Origin: Bacteroidota bacterium
GTDB taxonomy: Bacteria; Bacteroidota; Ignavibacteria; Ignavibacteriales; Ignavibacteriaceae
Direction: 5' to 3'
Assembly (NCBI GenBank): GCA_021783875.1
Contig: JAJXTM010000001.1
Span: forward strand, 1 to 56,691
DNA length: 56,691 nt
The notes beneath the pieces were generated by a model. It was not told the origin of the DNA. It worked only from the letters and a program-made list of their open reading frames with translations, and made no database searches. Made by a program: the position numbers and the translations under genes. Within the stretch, counting starts at the first letter, position 1. Every line of letters begins with the position of its first letter. Positions 29,543 to 40,202 of this stretch are shown piece after piece.

Positions 29543-32500
29543 TTATTGTATAGAAATATGTACATCCAGCCCTGCCGTGTTTGAAGTAGAAGGAGGAATA
29601 CTGGAAGAGCCGGCCGGAGTAACAGATGTACGGGTATAGAATATAGAAATTGTTACTTTTGAGCTAATAGTATATTTAACTTGGGGTTCAATGCTAACTC
29701 TTACATTTCCATTCTGGGGCGTCCCACTGTCAGTGTAATTATTCATATTAAATAAAACAGTAGAAGTTTGAGAATTTGTATAAGAGAAACTAAATTCTAT
29801 ATCATTTTTCAGCGAAATGCCAAATATAGGAAGTTCAAATCCTGATTTGGAATAACCAGCGGTGACACCAATATCGCGTGAAAATGATTGAGTGATATTA
29901 GCAGTTGAAACTCCTAAATCATAAGTAGAGTTCGTAGAATACTTAATGCTACCGGTAAAATTACCGCTCCATACTGGTAAAAATGTAAAGTTAATACCTA
30001 TAAGTGGAGCGAATCCATAATCAATTCGCTGGCTTTGAGTTATTCTTGTGCCATCGGGAGATATATACCAGCCTTCGGAATAAGTAGATGAGTAAGAGTG
30101 ATTAAGTGATACTCTTTGTGCAAATGATTTAAATGGATACATCTTTTCTAAGCCATCCCAACTTATTGACCAGTTCGGTCTTGGGATATAATCTGCGACA
30201 TTTTTAAGGAAGCTAATATTTGAAAAAATTGGCAAGCTTTCAAATCCTTGGACAAATGCATTTGATAAATTTTGCGCCTGATTTGGGTCATTTTGATTAT
30301 AGAGTTGGCTTACTCTTTTAATACCGCTTTTAAAAACACTTAGAAATAAAACCGGAGGTAATGTGAAAAATGACCTTGAAATAGTTCCGCTTGAACTAAT
30401 TGATTGAACCGAAACATTGCCATATTTATCAGATTGCAATGAAGTACTTTGATTCATAGACCAACCCACACGCCAATTCAAATCAATTTTTGCTCCCTCC
30501 CAAAGGGGTTTTGAGGTACTAAAGGATAAATCATTACTTTGTGTAAAAGCATCTTGCAAAGTATAGTTTGGAACTCGCTGGCCGACAAAGCTGCTAATGC
30601 CCAACATAAATCCCCTTGAAGGTCCGCTATTATCACTAAAGGAAAGTCCGAAAAAATTACTTAGTCCTGTCCCGCTGCCTAAAATACCAGATTTTGAAAG
30701 ACTATTGCTATTATTAAAGTTTAATGAAATTGACTCATAATCAAATAAAAGAATTCTTATAAAAGTTTTTGCGTATCCAAGGACTTGCCCAATTTTGAAT
30801 TTATTTTTGGGCTTATTTAGACTTGAATCCTTTGCAAACAGAGTATCTTTTAGAGAAGAAATTTTATTAGCTCCGGATTCAGATGCAGCATTGTTATTTT
30901 GATTCGGGTTTTTATTTCCCATTTCCTTAGTTAAGTTTCTTGCTCTTTCTTCTTCCAAAATTCTTTCATTATTCTGCTGAAAATTTGGTCTATTCGTATT
31001 TTGCTGGTTTTCAGGTGCGTTCTCAGAACCAAAAAGAGGTTCCATTAAAGATTTTAGTCTTAAAGTAAGCCCAACAGTAGATCTTTGAGTATAACCAGCA
31101 CTTCTTCCAGCATCTAACTGACTAAAATTATTTGACCATTGATAAGCAACATTATAAGAGCTATTAAGAGATAAATATTGATCTATTTTCCAAATACTCG
31201 GAAGTCTTGGACTTGTATTGACGGTAAGGTTTTGAGTATATGAATAATCCTTACCGAAAAAAGCACGAGAAAAAATGTCTTTCCAAATTTGGCCTTCTGT
31301 ACGCTGATTATTATAAATATCTGTCTCAAGATAAGCGAGAGAAGAATTTATATTAGCGCTATAATTTGCTGAAAGATTAAGAAATCCTCCATCAGTTATT
31401 TTCCAAGAAGTACTAAAGCTTCTAGTAGTACCAAAATTTCTTGAATACGCCGGAATTGCAGTAGTATTATCAAGAGGTCTATTAATGTCGATATTTCGCA
31501 TTCGAGAAGCAGAAAAACTAAATGAAATATTCTGCGGAGCATAATATATTTTTAGGTCACGATAATCTATAAAGAAATTTAGGATTGTTCCAATAAATGG
31601 AACTTTTGCCAAATAAATAAAATCATTTGGGCTTAAATTAACTCCATAATTTAAATTTGCATTCCATTGCCAGCCTTTATTAGATATAACAGTAGGGCTC
31701 CTGCTAAAGGTCTTATTATAATTAAATCCAAGAGTAATTGCATTAAAGGTATCCGTTATCAACCAACTTGAAGAGGGTATTTTTAATGTAACCCCTGAAG
31801 CTGACCAACTGTCAGAAATACTAACAGACTGCGTTGAAGAGATTAATTGAGCCGGTGTTAGAGTAATTACTCGATGAGTATTTATAGTATCATTTATTGC
31901 GTTTTGCTGTTGCTGCGCAGCAGAATTAATATTGATATCAGTGCCCGGAAGATATTGAGGTTTTCCTATTGATTCAGAATGCGAGTAATTTATACTAAGG
32001 CTGCTGCCAGGCAAATGAATGGGAATAAGTTTTAGTAAATCAACATTAGTAGAAAGGCTCCAGTTTTTTGTATCAACTCTTGATCCGAACCTATCAGAAA
32101 GTCGGTGGAAATATGGATCTGTTTGGCTCATGTTAAAATTTACAGTCATCAAATCTGCAAGTTTAATTGAAGTTCCAAAGCTATAAGCCCAGCCGGGATG
32201 ATTATCTGCACCAAGTACTCTAAGTTCATCAACCCATAAAGTTCCTGAAACAAATCTTGGTTTGTTAGTTTGATTTGTCCTATTTAGAATACCTATCATC
32301 AAAAATCTAATTGATGTAAGACTTGGCTGACCCTTAACAGCATAGGAAACATCTCCTACTTTATTAATATATAAACGAGTGGAATTTGATGTTGTATCCA
32401 AACTTTGTTTTATTGCCGTCAAATCTTTGAATATAATGTCGGCATCATTCCAACCTGGTTTAATTGGTTGTCTGTATTCATAATAATTTGAGGTATCTGT

Positions 32501-35500
32501 TCCAAATTTAAAGTATACTTCCGAAGTATACCCACCATTTGAAGTATCAGAAATATTATCTGTAAAAGAATTAGGGTGCTCATCGCCATGAAAGAATAAT
32601 TTCATTTCCTGGTAATTAAAAATATCAACAGGTTGATATAATATTTTAATAGCCTGACGTGAATCACCAGCAGCCAGATTTGAGGCAACTAAGCTTAATG
32701 ATTGTTCATTAAGATAAACAGTTTGATTTGTTTGGGTAGGATCTATTGGTCTTGTTACTCCTGGCGGGCTATAATAATCAATATTATCTTCTACGTTTAC
32801 AACAGAAACGGAAAGAGTAGAATCATTTTGAACTTGGTCCTGCCATTGATTTCCAACGAGGTTGAATTCTGCTAATCTAACATGGAATTGATCATTGGTA
32901 ACTCCCGTTACAAACATTCTAATATATTCAACATCAGACAAGGTCGGCTGCCCAACTGTTTTAGAAGTATCAATTAAGGGAACTCTATAGAGATACCATC
33001 CTGCATTATCTCCACCACCAGCAATATAAGGATTGGTCTTGCTACTAGTATCCAAAGGGACAGCATATCTAAAATAGCTATTTATAACATCCAGATTACC
33101 ATTGCCATTGAGATCTTCAGTATCAGGTATTCTACCTATATCAGTTAATACGGCATTACCTTCAGTACCGTTAACATTATACCATTTCATTATATCATCA
33201 TTAGGCAAATTGGAGTTTAGTGAAAAGTCATCTCCGCTTGGATCAGCCTTTGTCGAATTGAAATAAGCTCGTTCTTGAGCATCGTTCATTCCATCTATGC
33301 CCACATCTGCACCTTGAGCAAGAATACCGTTATGATTTATATCCTCAGTATGGAGTGTCCTATCCGGAATTACAGCTTCGCTAATTCTACCTAAATCAAA
33401 ATATATACTATCTGAAAGAGAAGTTTTCGGATCAACGTACATCCAGAATTCAAAGTACTGAATATTTTGAGATTGAAGATTATTTGCAGTTGATGAGAGT
33501 ACTTTCATCATTCCGCCCCAATTTTTTTTACGATTTTGCATTAAATTCGGATTATAATTATATGTCCCAGGTGAATCCGGCAAATTTACAAAATCCATTA
33601 CAGGAACCTGCTGATCAGTTGCAGCAGCATATTTTCTATTTCCCCAAATAGCATGAATATTTACATCTGAAGGTGTAATAGAATACCAAAAGCTTTTAGA
33701 CTTATAATTCATTTTATCCACATTGCTTAATCCTGATAAGAGTGGGATTGAGTCAGGGGCGCTAGCATCCTTCCAAGCAGTATAGGAGACTCCGATTGGA
33801 ATTAAAACTTTTGCACCTTCAAAGTCATCAATGTAGGCTACACTTTGCCCATGATCATCTGGGATATTACTAAGTTTAGTATTTGGATTAGGCATCATAT
33901 ATGCATATTCGCCATTAAGAGAAATTGAAGAAGGAGTATTTGTTGATATAATATTATCCAGCGCCTTGGTAACTATTGGAAGGTCAGCACTAGTAGAGAA
34001 GTCAGCACCCATTATTGTGTTACTCATAGGTTCTTCACCGATTCTAACTTTATCGCTTAAGGTTTGCTGATTTAAATTAAGGATTGAGAAACCTAATTTA
34101 GTCTTATCCGAAAAGTTAAAAACCCCACGTGCACCGACAAGAGTTTTTGAAGCTAACTGAAATAGATCGTTCTGCTCGTATGTAATACTTAAGTTTGCCC
34201 CCGGCACTAATGCGGCATCATTGCGTATTGTTAATTGTCCTACATTATAGTCCATACTATAATCAACACCCGGAGTTAACTCCCGCCCATTAAGTGTCAC
34301 CCTGACCGAATTTTCAACAACATTGAATCCCAGTTGATATGTAGAGCTTGACTCCCCTGAATATTTTCCGGTAAGCTCCCATTTATCATGTACCTGATCT
34401 GTCTGAGTAGTTTGCAATGTATCATAGACTTTCTGAAAAGCTAATGAATCCGGAAGACTTGAGGGAAAATTTTGTCCGAAAGGTTGTAGACTTGGAAAAA
34501 TAATTTCACCTTGAACAGGTAGAATATCATAACCAGGACGCCAATCGAAAAGGTTATCCGGGTTTGCGTTCCCAGATGCATCATAATTATCAAGTCCAAA
34601 CGCGTTCAATAACTGAATTGTCTTACCTGAACTTGTCTGCAAATTTGAAACCGGATTACCGCCAGGGACCTCATATAATATGTTAAAGACAAAACCCTCT
34701 TGCTTTATATTGGTTCCGCCAATTGGATAAATATTCTTAAGTAGTAATTTCCAAGCCTGAGTATAATTTGGTTTTAAATATGATGGTTTTATTAGTTTTA
34801 AGACTAATGGTTTGGAAGTATCTCCGGATGCTGCAGAATTTAGGAACTCACCATAAAAGGAATCATCTTGAGGTCCGGGTTGGTTTTCAACACGATAAGC
34901 TACAGCAATAACATCCTGATCCTGAATTTGATTATTAAAGGTAATGTATCCTGTTTCTGGGTGCAAAGTATAATCAACATCAGGTGTCAACAAAACAAAA
35001 CGACCCGTTTCAATTGAACCCTGAACCGGATTAACAGTATCGGAGCGCATTGCGTCAGGGTATTTTGGGCTAGTATTTGGACCGACATAAGCCAGTGGAT
35101 TTAGATTAAGATATGCGACCACTTGTCTTTCTTTAGATGGATCATACACTCCTCCATTTTGAGATTTCCAAACCTGTATATCTATAATTCGTTTTGTCCC
35201 ATCAATGACTGGGACTGAACTACCGTAATATTTATAAAACAGATTTAGTGAAGGTATCGTACTGGCATAGGTAGTATCAAGAAAATAATTATTAGTAGCA
35301 TAATTATATGCTCTGATAGTAAATGTTTGTGAAGTAGCTCCTCCATTTACTGCAACAGTTTTAATTTCTCCTTTTTTCTGACTTGCCAAGGTAGTCAATG
35401 TAAGAGGGCCTAATTTAAAATTTGCTTTAACACCGAACAGAGCTTCACTACCTCCGACTAAAGGAGAAGTTTCAAGAGAGACATTTCCGGCTTCAATACT

Positions 35501-36466
35501 TTGAATAATTTCGTCTTCATAGCCGGTATATTTAATTTTTAACTGGTTCTGATATTCAAAAGTCCTTTGAGTATTCCAGTCAGCACTAATATTCAGCTTA
35601 TCGCCAATAGTACCGTCAACGTTAATCTGAACTTGTTGTTCAAAATCCGGTTGATTTGTAGTATTACCTAAATTAGATGCCGTTACACCCTCGGTAGTTT
35701 GATTTACCCACGCACCGTGAATATCGACAGCACCACCAATTCTTAAACTAATTTTAGGTTTACCAAAAATACTCAAAATGCCTACACTAGGCAGAGGAAT
35801 ATCAAAATTTGTGATATCTTTTATTACTTGAGCAAGTTCTTTTTTTGAACTTTTGTACTGGTAAGTATTAGAAATATCATTCCAGGATTGTTGTTCATTT
35901 TGTTCAAGACTTAATTTTAGATATTCATCAATGGGTATGCGTAATACAATTTTTGTTTCATGTCCCTGAATTCCCTCATGGATTTCGACATACTTACCTG
36001 TTGAGTCAATCGTTATTGTTCTATTTATTGTTCCCGGTGAAGGTTGAGCCACAAAGGATGATGATTTTCCTAAACCGAATTTAACATACGGTACATCCAG
36101 CCGGTTATTATTGTAATATTTTATTCTAGCTGTTGAATCAATTGCCATTGAATCAATTTTAACTGTATCCTTCAATGATAAAACAGAATCTTTTTTACTT
36201 AATAGAGTATCCTGATTTAGACTATAGGTGTTTTTGTCAACAATAACTGAAGAGTTAAAAGGTAATTTAATTTCACGTCTATGAAAAATATCGTTAGCAG
36301 AGTTAAGCCGGTTTTGATTACTATTTTTTAGATTATAATTAAAAAAGACATCTACCCATCCAGCTTGATTTAGCTGAGAATCTTGTGATGCATCAAAACC
36401 ATAATTTATTACAGAATAAAATATTACCGCTCCGAATAAACAGAAGCGGGCAATTTCCCAAATCAA
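29543..36466 (-). CDS. sprA: Type IX secretion outer-membrane translocon SprA/Sov-like giant beta-barrel protein
   Basis: A single 2307-aa ORF with an N-terminal hydrophobic anchor. Composition is rich in G/S/N/T/Y/F beta strands, with an aromatic-rich C-terminal barrel region. The size matches SprA (~2300-2400 aa). porX is adjacent and T9SS cargo is present in the window. Not confirmed by any specific motif. Confidence 0.65.
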   Translation of the reverse strand: MIWEIARFCLFGAVIFYSVINYGFDASQDSQLNQAGWVDVFFNYNLKNSNQNRLNSANDIFHRREIKLPFNSSVIVDKNTYSLNQDTLLSKKDSVLSLKDTVKIDSMAIDSTARIKYYNNNRLDVPYVKFGLGKSSSFVAQPSPGTINRTITIDSTGKYVEIHEGIQGHETKIVLRIPIDEYLKLSLEQNEQQSWNDISNTYQYKSSKKELAQVIKDITNFDIPLPSVGILSIFGKPKISLRIGGAVDIHGAWVNQTTEGVTASNLGNTTNQPDFEQQVQINVDGTIGDKLNISADWNTQRTFEYQNQLKIKYTGYEDEIIQSIEAGNVSLETSPLVGGSEALFGVKANFKLGPLTLTTLASQKKGEIKTVAVNGGATSQTFTIRAYNYATNNYFLDTTYASTIPSLNLFYKYYGSSVPVIDGTKRIIDIQVWKSQNGGVYDPSKERQVVAYLNLNPLAYVGPNTSPKYPDAMRSDTVNPVQGSIETGRFVLLTPDVDYTLHPETGYITFNNQIQDQDVIAVAYRVENQPGPQDDSFYGEFLNSAASGDTSKPLVLKLIKPSYLKPNYTQAWKLLLKNIYPIGGTNIKQEGFVFNILYEVPGGNPVSNLQTSSGKTIQLLNAFGLDNYDASGNANPDNLFDWRPGYDILPVQGEIIFPSLQPFGQNFPSSLPDSLAFQKVYDTLQTTQTDQVHDKWELTGKYSGESSSTYQLGFNVVENSVRVTLNGRELTPGVDYSMDYNVGQLTIRNDAALVPGANLSITYEQNDLFQLASKTLVGARGVFNFSDKTKLGFSILNLNQQTLSDKVRIGEEPMSNTIMGADFSTSADLPIVTKALDNIISTNTPSSISLNGEYAYMMPNPNTKLSNIPDDHGQSVAYIDDFEGAKVLIPIGVSYTAWKDASAPDSIPLLSGLSNVDKMNYKSKSFWYSITPSDVNIHAIWGNRKYAAATDQQVPVMDFVNLPDSPGTYNYNPNLMQNRKKNWGGMMKVLSSTANNLQSQNIQYFEFWMYVDPKTSLSDSIYFDLGRISEAVIPDRTLHTEDINHNGILAQGADVGIDGMNDAQERAYFNSTKADPSGDDFSLNSNLPNDDIMKWYNVNGTEGNAVLTDIGRIPDTEDLNGNGNLDVINSYFRYAVPLDTSSKTNPYIAGGGDNAGWYLYRVPLIDTSKTVGQPTLSDVEYIRMFVTGVTNDQFHVRLAEFNLVGNQWQDQVQNDSTLSVSVVNVEDNIDYYSPPGVTRPIDPTQTNQTVYLNEQSLSLVASNLAAGDSRQAIKILYQPVDIFNYQEMKLFFHGDEHPNSFTDNISDTSNGGYTSEVYFKFGTDTSNYYEYRQPIKPGWNDADIIFKDLTAIKQSLDTTSNSTRLYINKVGDVSYAVKGQPSLTSIRFLMIGILNRTNQTNKPRFVSGTLWVDELRVLGADNHPGWAYSFGTSIKLADLMTVNFNMSQTDPYFHRLSDRFGSRVDTKNWSLSTNVDLLKLIPIHLPGSSLSINYSHSESIGKPQYLPGTDININSAAQQQQNAINDTINTHRVITLTPAQLISSTQSVSISDSWSASGVTLKIPSSSWLITDTFNAITLGFNYNKTFSRSPTVISNKGWQWNANLNYGVNLSPNDFIYLAKVPFIGTILNFFIDYRDLKIYYAPQNISFSFSASRMRNIDINRPLDNTTAIPAYSRNFGTTRSFSTSWKITDGGFLNLSANYSANINSSLAYLETDIYNNQRTEGQIWKDIFSRAFFGKDYSYTQNLTVNTSPRLPSIWKIDQYLSLNSSYNVAYQWSNNFSQLDAGRSAGYTQRSTVGLTLRLKSLMEPLFGSENAPENQQNTNRPNFQQNNERILEEERARNLTKEMGNKNPNQNNNAASESGANKISSLKDTLFAKDSSLNKPKNKFKIGQVLGYAKTFIRILLFDYESISLNFNNSNSLSKSGILGSGTGLSNFFGLSFSDNSGPSRGFMLGISSFVGQRVPNYTLQDAFTQSNDLSFSTSKPLWEGAKIDLNWRVGWSMNQSTSLQSDKYGNVSVQSISSSGTISRSFFTLPPVLFLSVFKSGIKRVSQLYNQNDPNQAQNLSNAFVQGFESLPIFSNISFLKNVADYIPRPNWSISWDGLEKMYPFKSFAQRVSLNHSYSSTYSEGWYISPDGTRITQSQRIDYGFAPLIGINFTFLPVWSGNFTGSIKYSTNSTYDLGVSTANITQSFSRDIGVTAGYSKSGFELPIFGISLKNDIEFSFSYTNSQTSTVLFNMNNYTDSGTPQNGNVRVSIEPQVKYTISSKVTISIFYTRTSVTPAGSSSIPPSTSNTAGLDVHISIQ

Positions 36467-36726
36467 TTTTATGATTCTATAACTAATGTGAATCCCTTAA
36501 GCGAAATTATAAAAAATTAAAAATGTAAAATGTTTTGCTATTTTCCTCCAAATATATTTTTGAATGAAAAAATTATATAAATAAATTTTGAATATCAACA
36601 CTGATTTTTTAATTATTTTGTTTGTAAAGTTATAATATCTAAGACTATATAATAAGGTAATTTTTTTTTCTCTAAATTTAATGTTACAAATTAAGGTGTA
36701 ATTTGGGAAATCCTAATGTCTTAGAA

Positions 36727-37257
36727 TTAACTACTAGTAAATTGCATAATTAAATCTTTATGCTCAACAAATTTATTAAGCAGAGTATCACGCTTAGCCA
36801 TTTCAAAATCAGAGAAATCAAAACCGGGAGCCACCGTACATCCCAATAAAGTATAAGAGCATTTATCTTTTACCTCAGCAGCAAACCAGTCTCCTGCTTT
36901 AATTACAACTTGAAAATTCTCATTCGATTCTAAATCATTTCCAAGGTAAATTTTAGTTAATCCTTGAACATCATTCAACACATAAATAATTAATCCACTT
37001 CCATTGTAAAAATGCCACAACTCATCGGACTGAAGACGGTGGAAATTAGATACATTTTTTTCAGAGAGCAGAAAATAAATTGAAGTTGAAAAATTTCTAT
37101 TTCCGGAATAACGCACAGGCAGATATTTCTTTATGAAAGTTTCCTCAGATCGATAGAATTCCGTATAATAACCTCCTTCAGGATGAGGAATTAGGCCCAG
37201 TTTAGAAATATAATATTGAACTTTAGAAACTGGCATATAATTTTTATTCCTTTTCAT
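36727..37257 (-). CDS. Cupin-superfamily protein (DUF985 family)
   Basis: LGLIPHPEGGYYTEFYRS N-terminal signature and GCTVAPGFDFSDFE near the C-terminus. Confidence 0.75.
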   Translation of the reverse strand: MKRNKNYMPVSKVQYYISKLGLIPHPEGGYYTEFYRSEETFIKKYLPVRYSGNRNFSTSIYFLLSEKNVSNFHRLQSDELWHFYNGSGLIIYVLNDVQGLTKIYLGNDLESNENFQVVIKAGDWFAAEVKDKCSYTLLGCTVAPGFDFSDFEMAKRDTLLNKFVEHKDLIMQFTSS

Positions 37258-37311
37258 TCGTAAAGTTAAAGCTTTTTTAATTATTTATACGAAAAATAAA
37301 TAATGAGATAT

Positions 37312-37340
37312 AAAAGCGTGCAATCATATTGCACGCTTTT
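37312..37340 (-). terminator. Rho-independent terminator downstream of gltA. It is palindromic and could act in both directions.
   Basis: AAAAGCGTGCAAT-CAT-ATTGCACGCTTTT. Perfect 9-bp GC-containing stem flanked by an A4 run and a T4 run, 12 nt after the gltA stop. Confidence 0.8.
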
Positions 37341-37352
37341 AGAGATAAAATA

Positions 37353-38651
37353 TTACCTTTTTTCGAGAGGGATATAGGGGCGCTTTGTATCACCAATGTA
37401 AATTTGCCTAGGACGGTAAATTCTTGCTCCTGGAGTTTCGCGCATTTCTTTCCATTGCGCAATCCAACCCGGAAGCCTTCCCAAAGCAAACATAACAGTA
37501 AACATATTTGTCGGAATTCCCATTGCACGATAAATTATTCCGCTATAGAAATCCACATTCGGATATAGTTTGCGCTCAATAAAGAAATCATCTTTTAGAG
37601 CAATTTCTTCAAGGTTTTTTGCAATATCAAGAAGCGGGTCAGTAACTCCAAGTTCTTTTAGAACACGGTCAGCAGATGCTTTAAGAATTTTAGCGCGAGG
37701 ATCAAAGTTTTTATATACACGATGACCAAATCCCATAAGCTTAAATTTAGATTCCTTATTCTTTGCAAGTCCTATATATTTTTTATAATCTCCGCCATCA
37801 TTTTTAATTTTTTCAAGCATTTGAATTACTTCCTGATTAGCGCCTCCGTGAAGCGGTCCCCAAAGAGCACAAATGCCAGCAGAAATTGAAGCAAATAAGT
37901 TTGCTTCGCTGCTACCAACCATTCTTACAGTAGAGGTACTGCAATTTTGCTCATGATCCGCATGTAGAATTAGAAGTAAATCCAATGCTTCTTCAACAAC
38001 TTTAGGTACCTCATAAGCTTCCGAAGGTACGGCAAACATCATGTGTATCATATCTGATGCATAACCAAGGTCATTTCTTGGATAAATGTAAGGTTGTCCT
38101 ACTGACTTCTTAAAAGAAAATGCAGCTATTGTTTTTAATTTAGCAAGAAGTCGCACAATATTGAGTTCAACATCGACATTGTACCCGTCTTCCGGATAAA
38201 ATGCAGATAATGAACTTACCATTGCTGAAAGAATTCCCATAGGATGAGCTTTTGGTGGGAATCCTTCAAAAAATTTTTTCATGTCTTCATGAATTAAACT
38301 GTGGTGGGTTAATTGGAATTGAAATCTTTCCAATTCTTTTTTGTTCGGTAAATGACCAAAAATAAGGAGAAAACTAGTCTCAATAAAATTTGATTTACCT
38401 GCCAATTCTTCTATCGGATAGCCACGGTATTGTAATATCCCTTTTTCACCATCAATAAAAGTAATTGCACTTTGGCATGAACCTGTATTGCCATATCCTG
38501 AATCAAATGTAATTGCACCACTTTTATTTCTTAGTTGTGATATATCAATGCCTACTTCATTTTCAGTTCCTATTGTAATTGGAAGATCATACTCTTTATC
38601 GCTAATAAAAAGCTTTGCAGTATCCGTGAGCGTAATGTTTTGATTACTCAT
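37353..38651 (-). CDS. gltA: Citrate synthase (type II-like, 432 aa)
   Basis: LHADHEQNCSTS, GPLHGGANQ and GFGHRVYK catalytic motifs. Confidence 0.95.
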   Translation of the reverse strand: MSNQNITLTDTAKLFISDKEYDLPITIGTENEVGIDISQLRNKSGAITFDSGYGNTGSCQSAITFIDGEKGILQYRGYPIEELAGKSNFIETSFLLIFGHLPNKKELERFQFQLTHHSLIHEDMKKFFEGFPPKAHPMGILSAMVSSLSAFYPEDGYNVDVELNIVRLLAKLKTIAAFSFKKSVGQPYIYPRNDLGYASDMIHMMFAVPSEAYEVPKVVEEALDLLLILHADHEQNCSTSTVRMVGSSEANLFASISAGICALWGPLHGGANQEVIQMLEKIKNDGGDYKKYIGLAKNKESKFKLMGFGHRVYKNFDPRAKILKASADRVLKELGVTDPLLDIAKNLEEIALKDDFFIERKLYPNVDFYSGIIYRAMGIPTNMFTVMFALGRLPGWIAQWKEMRETPGARIYRPRQIYIGDTKRPYIPLEKR

Positions 38652-38906
38652 GTTAAGCCCCGTAAAATTTTTAATGTTTATTATTTATTTAGAAAATTTT
38701 ATCAATCACTTTTATTATTTGATAATGTAATAATTTGTAGCTTGGCCTCCTTTCATTTAATATTAAAAGTACTCATAATACAAATGATTGTTACAATTTG
38801 ATTCAAAAATTATAAACAATTGATGAAACAATCAATGTGATTTTAAACCTATCATAATAGATCTAGAATAATTTTTCGACAAATTCCTTGTAATAAAAAT
38901 TCATGT

Positions 38907-40202
38907 CTAAAATAATTCCCGATTGGACGAGGAAATTATTTCATATGCTGCTATTTTTCCGCTTAGAACAGCACTTTCAATTGTAGAAGGTAGTCCTGTA
39001 TTTATCCAGTCACCAGCTAAATAAAAATTTTTGAATCTGGTTTTAGAATCCGGTCTTTCATTTTGGATAGAATTAGAAGGAATAAAAGTAGCCCGTTTTT
39101 CTTTTATGACTTTATAATGTTTCACAGTTTCTTTTTTCAAAGGAGTATAGAATTCAATCTCATTTATTACAAAGGAGAATATCTTATCACTACTCATATT
39201 GATCAATTCATTTGCATCACTTATAACTATTGTCAAATGAGACCCATGATTAAAAATCCAATGAACCTTAGAGCCAATAAGAGCAAAAAATGTTTTTTCT
39301 AAATTGTTATCATTCAACCAAATATGCACAGAAACAATAGAAGAAAAGTTTAAGATTTCTTTTAATTTTAAAATACCGGGAAAGAATTTTACTAATTCTA
39401 CAATAGGCACAGAAGAAATAACATAATCAAAATCAGAAATATTCCTTTTGGAGGAGACCAATTCTGTTATTGTATCATTATTTGATTTCAGTGAAATTAT
39501 ATTTTCACTAAAAGAAATAGTACCGTCATAATCTATAATGAATTTTTCGGCATGATTGCAAAATGTTTCAGTAAGTCCATAAGCAGGTAAAATAATTTTC
39601 GCAGATGAATGTCCGCTAAAAAATATTTTTTTTAGAATATGCAAAAAATAAACAGAAGAAGCATCTTTTGTATTGCAATTTAAAGTCCCGACAGCAATTA
39701 TATCCCAGAATGCTTTTCTAATATCTTCGCTTTGTTTTTCCTTTATCAACCAATCATTTACAGATAGGTTTTGGAGTTTTTTAACTGAATAGAACGGGAT
39801 TTTTATAAGAAGGGATAAAATCTTAATTCTTTCAGAAAACTTAATGGCATTATACCTAAGTAACCCTAATATTAAATTAAGAGGATAAAATAGGCGAATT
39901 GATTTTAATTGAAATATTTGAAACTGCGGTTTTAAAAAGTTTATACATAATTTTTTTTGGTAAATTAAATTATCCTCAGCTTTTATCATTTTAATAAATT
40001 TTAAGGTTTCGATATAACAGCCCATAAGAATGTGCTGTCCATTATCAATAACAGTTCCCGTAATATTATCTTTAAAAGAATAAGCGCGTCCGCCTAATTT
40101 TGGTGATGATTCTATAATTTCAACCTGGATTCCAGCTTTGGAGAGATATGCGGCAGAAGTTAGTCCGGCTATTCCGCCTCCGATTATAAGGCATTTTTTC
40201 AT
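38907..40202 (-). CDS. hpnE: Hydroxysqualene dehydroxylase (squalene-associated FAD-dependent desaturase)
   Basis: IIGGGIAGLTSAAYL dinucleotide fold and amine-oxidase-like length. Third gene of a tightly overlapping hpnC-hpnD-hpnE arrangement. Confidence 0.75.
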   Translation of the reverse strand: MKKCLIIGGGIAGLTSAAYLSKAGIQVEIIESSPKLGGRAYSFKDNITGTVIDNGQHILMGCYIETLKFIKMIKAEDNLIYQKKLCINFLKPQFQIFQLKSIRLFYPLNLILGLLRYNAIKFSERIKILSLLIKIPFYSVKKLQNLSVNDWLIKEKQSEDIRKAFWDIIAVGTLNCNTKDASSVYFLHILKKIFFSGHSSAKIILPAYGLTETFCNHAEKFIIDYDGTISFSENIISLKSNNDTITELVSSKRNISDFDYVISSVPIVELVKFFPGILKLKEILNFSSIVSVHIWLNDNNLEKTFFALIGSKVHWIFNHGSHLTIVISDANELINMSSDKIFSFVINEIEFYTPLKKETVKHYKVIKEKRATFIPSNSIQNERPDSKTRFKNFYLAGDWINTGLPSTIESAVLSGKIAAYEIISSSNRELF

